This document shows, one piece after another, positions 56,917-64,000 of a stretch of 64,000 bases of DNA (position 1 is its first letter; each line of letters starts with the position of its first letter). Source of the stretch: Candidatus Aminicenantales bacterium (GTDB lineage: Bacteria; Acidobacteriota; Aminicenantia; Aminicenantales; UBA4085). The stretch lies in assembly GCA_049515535.1 (NCBI GenBank), contig JBEKTZ010000010.1:1-64000 (forward strand). The letters run 5' to 3'. The notes under the pieces were generated by a model. That model ran no database searches, was not told the origin of the DNA, and was given only the letters and a program-made list of their open reading frames with translations. A program made the translations under genes and the position numbers.

Positions 56917-58404
56917 CTATTTTTCGCTGTAGTAATCGATCATTCGGGCGATGGCCCGCCGGCAGACGGAGCAGAAGAACTCGCCCTTCCGGCTATCGAG
57001 CATGATGCAGGAGACCTGGGACCGGTAAAGGCCTTTGGAAGCGTAGCCCGCGCCCTCGAAGACCCCGACCTTGTCCTCCAGCCCCGCGTACTGGGCCCGC
57101 ACGTCCTCGATCTTCTTGGCGACGGCCTGGTCCGCCTCCCGATATTTATCCTGGATCTTTTTAATCCGGTCGTCGGGCAGCCCTTTCTTCCTGGCCTCCT
57201 CGATCTCGCCCGTTTGTGCTTGGCGGTTTTTCTGCCGTTCCGCTTGAAGCGCCTCGATCTTGTCCTTACCGTATTCGGTCGGGACGCCGATGCCCGGCGC
57301 CAAGAGGTCCTTCCATTTCACCCGCTCCGGATCGAGCAGGGCGGTGATGTTCGGCTCGAGCGGCTCGACGCCCTTGGGATAAAAATCATTGTATGAGACC
57401 TCCGAGGCGTAATATTCGTCGGCGAGATAAGCGAAGGAATGGCCGAGCTCGTGGACAAAGACCTGCCGGCTCGAAGCGTGGTCCGTCGTCGAGACGCAGT
57501 AATCGAGGGCGATGCTTCCGCCGCCGTAGCGGCTGCTGTTGACGAGGACGATGATCGCGTCATACGGCACTTGGGCCGCGATTTCGTGCAGCCGATGGTC
57601 TTTTTCGATCAACATGTAGCGGTCCAGGTCAAAGGCGTTGAACGAGGCGTTGAGGACGGTTTTTTTATAAACGCGCTGACGCGGTTCGTCCATCGCCCGT
57701 TCGGGAGAAGGCCGGAAGACGCCCCAGATATTGAACTTGCTTTTGGCGCTCTTGTACGGCTCGACGCTGAAGAGATAAGCCGAGAATTTGTCCACGTCGG
57801 CCTTGAATTTGTCCTTGTCCTCGGCTGCATAGCCCTCGGCGACAAAGACGAAATCTACTTTCTCGTGCGGATCGCCGCTTTTCTGGGCCTCATAGATGAA
57901 GTCCCCGGCCGCGGTCGTTTCCTTGATGATATGGTAGTCCGCGGGGTCGATCGTCTCGCAGAACAGAGGATGGAGGATGTTCTTCTTGTCCCGCGATTCG
58001 ATCACGACGAGGGCGGGCCGCTTGGGATATGGGATCCGCACGGAGCGCTCGAACGCGCGCTTGACGCCGTTGATCGCCGGGGCGGTGGTTTTGTATTCGT
58101 TGAACATGCCGTCGCAACCGTGGGAATAGAGCAGCCGGTTCGAGGCGATATCGTAAACCTTGATCACCATGCGCCCATAGTCGAAGGGGTCGATAAGATG
58201 GGTGAACGTCTCGGGCCATATCCCTTCCTGGTAGATGTGGTCGAGGGTGATGAACTCGTCCTTGGCGTCCCCCACATAGAACAAATCGAGCCGCATGGCC
58301 TTGTCGACGAAGTCATCGGCGAATTTGGCCTGAGACATCTGGGCGAACCCGATCAGCGCGGACGCGCCGAATAAAAACAAAATCGGCCATAAACGTTTCT
58401 TCAT
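56917..58404 (-). CDS. M64 family (IgA peptidase-like) metallopeptidase
   Basis: AEGY, YGGG, VHELGHSFAYLADEY, C-terminal CIM...FCSVC; signal peptide. Confidence 0.88.
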   Translation of the reverse strand: MKKRLWPILFLFGASALIGFAQMSQAKFADDFVDKAMRLDLFYVGDAKDEFITLDHIYQEGIWPETFTHLIDPFDYGRMVIKVYDIASNRLLYSHGCDGMFNEYKTTAPAINGVKRAFERSVRIPYPKRPALVVIESRDKKNILHPLFCETIDPADYHIIKETTAAGDFIYEAQKSGDPHEKVDFVFVAEGYAAEDKDKFKADVDKFSAYLFSVEPYKSAKSKFNIWGVFRPSPERAMDEPRQRVYKKTVLNASFNAFDLDRYMLIEKDHRLHEIAAQVPYDAIIVLVNSSRYGGGSIALDYCVSTTDHASSRQVFVHELGHSFAYLADEYYASEVSYNDFYPKGVEPLEPNITALLDPERVKWKDLLAPGIGVPTEYGKDKIEALQAERQKNRQAQTGEIEEARKKGLPDDRIKKIQDKYREADQAVAKKIEDVRAQYAGLEDKVGVFEGAGYASKGLYRSQVSCIMLDSRKGEFFCSVCRRAIARMIDYYSEK

Positions 58405-58541
58405 TTTGACCTCCGCGATACCCGGGGGAATTATAAAAGCGTTCAACGTCATTAGCAAGGCTCGCCCGAAGAATTCAAAACTCTCCTGTTTTTAAACCCT
58501 TCGGATCATCTTCCGTATCATAGAGTGAAGGAGGTTGTTTC

Positions 58542-58925
58542 ATGCCTGTTCCAACTCGGACAAAGCCTTATCTTATTTTGACGTCGGCCTTTCTTGTTCC
58601 CGGTCTCGGGCATTTCCTCCAGAAAAAGCCATGGAAGGGAGCGATTTTCTTCGGCGGAATCTTAGCCTTGCTCGTCCTCGGCTTGGCCATGGAGGGCGGA
58701 TTCGCCACGCTTTCCGGATTCGAGCCGCTGACGATCCTGACGTTCCTCGGCGACATCGGCAGCGGGATCTTTTATGCGGCGGCCAAGCTGGCCGGCTTGG
58801 GCGCCGGGAACCTCAAGGCCTACACGTTTCAATACGGATCGATGTACATCGCCGCGGCTGGGTTCATGAACGGCCTGGTCGTCCTCAACGCTTGGAAGAC
58901 CGCGAAGGAGGCGCGCCGTGTTTAA
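58542..58925 (+). CDS. Small membrane protein (DUF6677-like)
   Basis: LVPGLGH motif and TM helices; RBS AGGAGG. Confidence 0.75.
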   Translation: MPVPTRTKPYLILTSAFLVPGLGHFLQKKPWKGAIFFGGILALLVLGLAMEGGFATLSGFEPLTILTFLGDIGSGIFYAAAKLAGLGAGNLKAYTFQYGSMYIAAAGFMNGLVVLNAWKTAKEARRV

Positions 58926-59088
58926 GAGCCACCTCATCTCCATGGTTGTGTTCGCCGGGATCGTATCCGTCATGCTCGCTTGCCTGAAACGGGATCGGGC
59001 GAGGGACATCATCCTCTTCTCCGCGAAAAATTTTCTTTTTATGACCGGCGGCGTCATTCTCGCCGGCTGGCTCATTCACTTCCTTTAA
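58918..59088 (+). CDS. 56-aa two-TM membrane protein (not in the ORF track)
   Basis: GTG after AGGAGG; MFKSHLISMVVFAGIVSVMLA...GGVILAGWLIHFL; fills the gap before lepB. Confidence 0.65.
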   Translation: MFKSHLISMVVFAGIVSVMLACLKRDRARDIILFSAKNFLFMTGGVILAGWLIHFL

Positions 59089-59115
59089 TTCCGGGATGCA
59101 CTGAACGAGGATCTC

Positions 59116-59892
59116 ATGAAAGAACCCAAACCCCGAAAAGCGGACAAGCCGTCGCTCGGCAAGGCGATCGAGGAAAATCTGGAGATGCTGCTCGAAGTCC
59201 TGGTTCTCGTGTTTTTCGTCAACGCCTTTCTCCTCCAGGCTTTCGCCATCCCCACGCCCTCCATGGAGAACAATCTTCTCGTCGGCGATCACATGCTCGT
59301 GGACCGGATCGCTTATTCTCAATCCTTATCCAAGATCGACGCCGCGATCCTTCCCCAGGTCAAAATCCGGCGCGGCATGATGGTCGCCTTCAAATCGCCG
59401 CCGGAGATCGACGCCCGGAACATGGGCCGGCTGTTCTATGTCAAGCGCGTCATTGGCCTTCCCGGGGAAATGATCAAAATCATCGGGAATAAAGTGCATA
59501 TCAACGGGCGGCCGATCGATGAGCCTTATGTGAACCTGTCGGCCCCCCTCACGGTTTCGCCCGACTTCCCGCCCGCATCTCCGGACGCCTGGCCGGCGGA
59601 ATTTCCCCGCGAGTTCCGGAATTTCGTGGTCACGACCGAGCTTGGGCCGGCTTATAAGGTGCCGGACGGCCACTATTTCTGCTTAGGCGACAACCGCAAC
59701 CTGAGCGCCGATTCGAGAATCTGGGGGCCGCTGCCGGCCGACTATGTCATCGGCAAGCCCTGGCGGAACTACTGGTCCACGAAGACGACGACGGACGCCA
59801 TGCTCGGCAAGAGCGCGCCGGCCCGGTTGAAGGACTTCGTCCTCGGCTTTTTCACCAAGACGCGTTGGAACCGGATTTTAAAGAGATTTTAA
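59116..59892 (+). CDS. lepB: Signal peptidase I
   Basis: IPTPSMEN, YVKRVIGLPG, GDNRNLSADSR motifs. Confidence 0.93.
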   Translation: MKEPKPRKADKPSLGKAIEENLEMLLEVLVLVFFVNAFLLQAFAIPTPSMENNLLVGDHMLVDRIAYSQSLSKIDAAILPQVKIRRGMMVAFKSPPEIDARNMGRLFYVKRVIGLPGEMIKIIGNKVHINGRPIDEPYVNLSAPLTVSPDFPPASPDAWPAEFPREFRNFVVTTELGPAYKVPDGHYFCLGDNRNLSADSRIWGPLPADYVIGKPWRNYWSTKTTTDAMLGKSAPARLKDFVLGFFTKTRWNRILKRF

Positions 59893-60004
59893 TTTCGGCC
59901 TCCAGAAGATATTTGACAGGAGAGGAATTGAACCATACAATTCCTTTCCTATGCCAAATAACGATAACCATCCACCAATCTCACGAAAACTCGGAGGCTG
60001 TCTC

Positions 60005-62698
60005 ATGGAAAGAAGATCATGTCTTGGCCCGCGATTCGCCGCCATTGCCATTATTTTGTTAATTAACGCTTCAACAGCGTGTTCCAAGGAACAAAAAAAA
60101 GCCGAAAGCGCCGATCCCGGCCCTCGGATCCAGCTCCCGGTGAATCAAATCGCGACGCCCATCGGCCTCCAGGTCGAGTTGCCCGGCCTACGGCCGCAGG
60201 TCTTGGCCCTCAGCCCCGATGGACGCCTGCTCGTCGTCTCGGGCAAGACCCACGAGCTGGTCGTCGTCGATCCGGCAACGGGACAGATCAAACAACGCGT
60301 CCCGCTTCCGCCCGAGCCGGCCGATAAAAGCAAGCCCAAGGGCGTCTCGGACAGCATTCTCAAACCCGACGATAAAGGCCAGGTGAGTTATACCGGACTG
60401 GCTTTTTCTCCCGACGGAAAAAGGCTCTTCATGAGCAACGTCGACGGCAGTATCAAGGTCTTCGGTGTGGACGCGAACGGCGCGATCTCGGCGCTGGTTT
60501 CGCTGCCGCTGCCTCCCGCCGGCGCGCCGCGCCGCAAGGAAGAAATCCCGGCCGGGATCGCCGTCTCCCCCGACGGGTCGCGCCTCTTCGTGGCGTTGAA
60601 TCTTTCCAACCGCCTGGGCGAGTTCGACGCCGCCGAAGGGAAACTACTCCGATCTTTCGACGTCGGCGTCGCGCCCTACGACGTCGTGCTCGTCGGCAAG
60701 AAAGCCTACGTGAGCAACTGGGGCGGCCGCCGTCCGGTCCCGGGCGACATGACCGGTCCGGCCGGCCGCGGAACGCTGGTCAAAGTCGACCCCGAAACAT
60801 ATATCGCCAACGAAGGGTCGGTCAGCGTGATCGACCTCGAAGCCGGCAAAAACATGGATGAGATCCCGGTCCATCTCCACGCCTCGGCGTTGGCCGTTTC
60901 GCCCGACGGCCGCTATGTCGTCTGCGCCAACGCCGCGAGCGACAACCTCAGCGTCATTGACGCGCGCACCGACAAGGTCATCGAGACCGTCTGGGCCAAG
61001 CCCGACCCGGCCGACCTCTTCGGAGCGTCGCCGAACGCCTTGGCCTTCGACCGTAAAGGGGAATTCCTCTACGTCGCCAATGGAACCCAGAACGCCGTGG
61101 CGGTCGTCCAATTCAAGCCGGCACGGCGCGCCTCGCAATTCCTCGGGCTGATCCCGGTCGGCTGGTTTCCCGGCGCGATCGTTCACGATCCCGAGCGCCG
61201 ACAACTCTGCGTAGCGAACATCAAAGGGATCGAGACGGTCAAGGGACAGGACGAGCGCAGCGGCGGCTCCGGATACAACACCCATCAATATCACGGGTCT
61301 CTCTCCCTCGTGCCCATCCCGAGTTTATCCGAACTGCCGCGGCTTTCCGCCGTCGTCTGGGAGAACTACCATCGGGAGCGCATCACTGAGAGCCTGCTTC
61401 CGCCCCGGCCGGCCCGACCCGTCCGGCCCGTGCCCGAGCGAAGCGGCGAGCCGAGCGTGTTCAAGCACGTCGTTTACATCATCAAAGAGAACCGCTCCTA
61501 TGACCAAGTTCTGGGAGATATCGGCAGAGGCAACAGCGATCCGTCGCTCTGCATTTTCGGGGATCGGATCACGCCGAACTTGCACGCCCTGGCGCGTTCA
61601 TTCGTCCTGCTCGACAACACGTTCTGTTGCAGCATCCTCAGCGCCGACGGCCATAATTGGTCCACCACGGCCTTCGGCACGGATTACCTCGAAAAATCGT
61701 TCGCGGGGTGGCCCCGGAGCTACCCGGACGGGATGGGAAAGGACGAAATCGACGCCTTGGCCTATGCCCCGACGGGATTCATTTGGGACAACGCCCTCCG
61801 CCACGGAAAGACGCTCAGGGACTACGGCGAATTCGCCATGTCCACGGTCCATTGGGCCGACCCCAAGCGCAAGGGGACTCCGGACTGGCCGTCCAGTTGG
61901 CGCGAATTCCAGCATCCGAAGGGAGACATCATCTTCGGCTCCGAGCCGGGCATCGAATCGCTGCGACCGTATCTCGCGGCCAAGACGGTCGGCTGGAATA
62001 TGGATGTGCCGGACGCGTTCCGGGCCAGCTATTTCATCCAGGAGCTCAAGGAATTCGAAAAAACGGGCGACTTTCCCAACCTCATCCTCATCTGCCTGCC
62101 GGACGATCATACGAGCGGGACCAAGGAAGGGCTGCCGACGCCGGCGGCCTTCGTCGCGGACAACGACCTCGCCTTCGGCCGGATCGTGGAGGCGATCAGC
62201 AACAGCCGATTCTGGAAGGACACCGTGATCTTCGGCATCGAGGACGATCCCCAGAACGGCTGGGACCATGTCAGCGGATACCGGACGACCGCCTACGTCA
62301 TCAGCCCTTATACGAAACGGGGCCAGATCATCAGCGCGCCGTACAACACCATCAGCATCCTGAGGACGATCGAGCAGATCCTCGGCCTCCCGCCGATGAA
62401 TCAATTCGACGCGGCGGCCGCGCCGATGATCGAATGTTTCACGGAAACGCCGGATTTCGCGCCGTTCAAGGCCCTGCCCAACCGCGTGCCTCTCGATGAA
62501 ATGAATCCCCCGAAGAAAAAGATCGCCGATCCCCTGCTTCGCAAGCAGGCCGCCCTCTCGGCGCGGCTCGACTTCACGCGGGTGGACGCCTGCCCTGAGG
62601 ACGTCCTTAACCGGATCCTCTGGCACGCCATGAAAGGGAGCACCGCCCCGTATCCGGAATGGGCCGTCTCCTTAAAATCGAGAGACATCGACGATTAG
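60005..62698 (+). CDS. YVTN beta-propeller + phosphoesterase-family lipoprotein
   Basis: STAC lipobox-like, SPDG propeller repeats, KENRSYD, SADGH, LPDDHT, EDD motifs. Confidence 0.85.
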   Translation: MERRSCLGPRFAAIAIILLINASTACSKEQKKAESADPGPRIQLPVNQIATPIGLQVELPGLRPQVLALSPDGRLLVVSGKTHELVVVDPATGQIKQRVPLPPEPADKSKPKGVSDSILKPDDKGQVSYTGLAFSPDGKRLFMSNVDGSIKVFGVDANGAISALVSLPLPPAGAPRRKEEIPAGIAVSPDGSRLFVALNLSNRLGEFDAAEGKLLRSFDVGVAPYDVVLVGKKAYVSNWGGRRPVPGDMTGPAGRGTLVKVDPETYIANEGSVSVIDLEAGKNMDEIPVHLHASALAVSPDGRYVVCANAASDNLSVIDARTDKVIETVWAKPDPADLFGASPNALAFDRKGEFLYVANGTQNAVAVVQFKPARRASQFLGLIPVGWFPGAIVHDPERRQLCVANIKGIETVKGQDERSGGSGYNTHQYHGSLSLVPIPSLSELPRLSAVVWENYHRERITESLLPPRPARPVRPVPERSGEPSVFKHVVYIIKENRSYDQVLGDIGRGNSDPSLCIFGDRITPNLHALARSFVLLDNTFCCSILSADGHNWSTTAFGTDYLEKSFAGWPRSYPDGMGKDEIDALAYAPTGFIWDNALRHGKTLRDYGEFAMSTVHWADPKRKGTPDWPSSWREFQHPKGDIIFGSEPGIESLRPYLAAKTVGWNMDVPDAFRASYFIQELKEFEKTGDFPNLILICLPDDHTSGTKEGLPTPAAFVADNDLAFGRIVEAISNSRFWKDTVIFGIEDDPQNGWDHVSGYRTTAYVISPYTKRGQIISAPYNTISILRTIEQILGLPPMNQFDAAAAPMIECFTETPDFAPFKALPNRVPLDEMNPPKKKIADPLLRKQAALSARLDFTRVDACPEDVLNRILWHAMKGSTAPYPEWAVSLKSRDIDD

Positions 62699-62807
62699 GG
62701 GCTTGAGACTCCATCCTGGATATTTTTATTCTTGCAAGCGGGAATCCGCGGCCTTTTCTCTTGAACGAAAATAGAATAGAATGCTTTTTCCTCGTTAGAA
62801 CTTTCAC

Positions 62808-64000
62808 ATGGAAAGCCAAAATTCCGTTCCCTGTAACAACGACGAACCGGTCATCCTGACCAATTCCGGCCATCCCATCACGCGGAAGGCCATCGACGCG
62901 GACGCCCTCAAGATCCTTTACCGCCTCGACCGGCTCGGATTCATCGCCTGCCTGTGCGGAGGAGCGGTCCGGGACCTGATGCTGCGAAAGAAACCGAAGG
63001 ATTTCGACATCGTCACCGACGCCAGGCCCGGACAGATCAAGAAACGCTTCGCGAACGTCTATATCATCGGGAGGCGTTTCCGTCTGGCCCACGTCCATTT
63101 CGAGGGAGGAAAGATCATCGAAGTCGCGACGTTCAGAAAGGACCTCAAGCCCGTCGAAGAGGCCGGCGCGGAGGCCGCGCCCGATCCGAAAGACATCTAC
63201 GGGACGCCCCGCGAGGACGCCTTCCGGAGGGATATCACGATCAACGCCCTCCTTTACGATTTCGCGACCGACTCCATCATCGACTATGTCGGCGGTCTCG
63301 AGGACCTGGCCCGGCGAATGATCCGAATCATCGGCGATCCCGAAGAACGTCTCGCCGAGGACCCCGTCCGCGTCTGGCGGGCCATAAGGCACGCCGCCCG
63401 CCTCGGCTTCGACATCGAAGAGACGACCGAGCGGGCGATCCAGTCGCACGGCCATTTGCTCGCCGCATGTCCCGGGTCCCGCCTCTATGAAGAGTTCAAC
63501 AAGGACCTCGCCTACGAGACCAGGCCGGTCATCGAAGCCCTCCGGAACCGCGGCATTCTACGGCACATCCTCGGCCGCGTCGGCGAAGATTACGAAGCCG
63601 ACGCCGGCCTTTTCTGTCGGCTCGAGACGCTCCTAGACATCATCGATCGGACGAGCTCGGCGACGTTCCATTTATCGTTGGAGGAAATGTACGCTCTCTT
63701 CTTCTGGCCCTGGATGGAACCGCTGTTCGCCGACGCGACGGGAGACATGACCAAGATCCTGGCGGACGCTTTCGTGAATGCCCGGACGCAGATGATTGTG
63801 CCCAAAAATCTTCGGGCCAACGTCATCCAGATCATGATCATCGTCGGCGGCATGCGCCGCGCGCTCTGCACGGGCCACATGCGCTGGGCTTTGAAGAGAC
63901 GGACGCATTACGCGCAGGCTTCTAAGATGTGCTTCATGATCGAGAAGGGCCGCCCGCCCGAAGGCGAGGAATCCTTCGAGAGCCTGCTCCAGGCGGCTTT
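62808..64000 (+). CDS. pcnB: Poly(A) polymerase (3' truncated by window edge)
   Basis: GGAVRD, KDFD, PAP signature IIGRRFRLAHV, EVATFR, RRDITINAL, EDPVR; absent from the ORF track because it runs off the window. Confidence 0.88.
   Translation, partial: MESQNSVPCNNDEPVILTNSGHPITRKAIDADALKILYRLDRLGFIACLCGGAVRDLMLRKKPKDFDIVTDARPGQIKKRFANVYIIGRRFRLAHVHFEGGKIIEVATFRKDLKPVEEAGAEAAPDPKDIYGTPREDAFRRDITINALLYDFATDSIIDYVGGLEDLARRMIRIIGDPEERLAEDPVRVWRAIRHAARLGFDIEETTERAIQSHGHLLAACPGSRLYEEFNKDLAYETRPVIEALRNRGILRHILGRVGEDYEADAGLFCRLETLLDIIDRTSSATFHLSLEEMYALFFWPWMEPLFADATGDMTKILADAFVNARTQMIVPKNLRANVIQIMIIVGGMRRALCTGHMRWALKRRTHYAQASKMCFMIEKGRPPEGEESFESLLQAA

Overview
A 64-kb, GC-rich bacterial chromosomal window of about 45 protein genes. 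No rRNA, tRNA or CRISPR array was recognised. The membrane Ser/Thr kinase-TPR receptors, many secreted peptidases and DmsABC suggest an anaerobic protein scavenger such as Candidatus Aminicenantes (inference only). Contents in order: two tandem kinase-TPR genes; a lower-GC defence island (type IIG R-M fusion, AAA ATPase, truncated and intact AbiE modules); valS; a TauE-dmsABC cluster; pyrE; htrA; a peptidase-rich region; lepB; and a partial pcnB. Three things stand out. (1) Two tandem secreted thioredoxin-TPR genes, split by the ORF track, each carry an in-frame UGA in a U-x-x-C motif followed by a covarying SECIS-like hairpin, so they are probably unannotated selenoproteins. (2) A coupled two-gene operon encodes a REC-PilZ-PilZ-LuxD-like thioesterase-SAM methyltransferase protein and a membrane sensor kinase-REC-HD-GYP protein, a candidate new c-di-GMP-linked fatty-acid(-ester) signalling system. 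(3) A modular palindromic repeat family has six copies, two of them translated in frame inside unrelated proteins with mostly synonymous differences.
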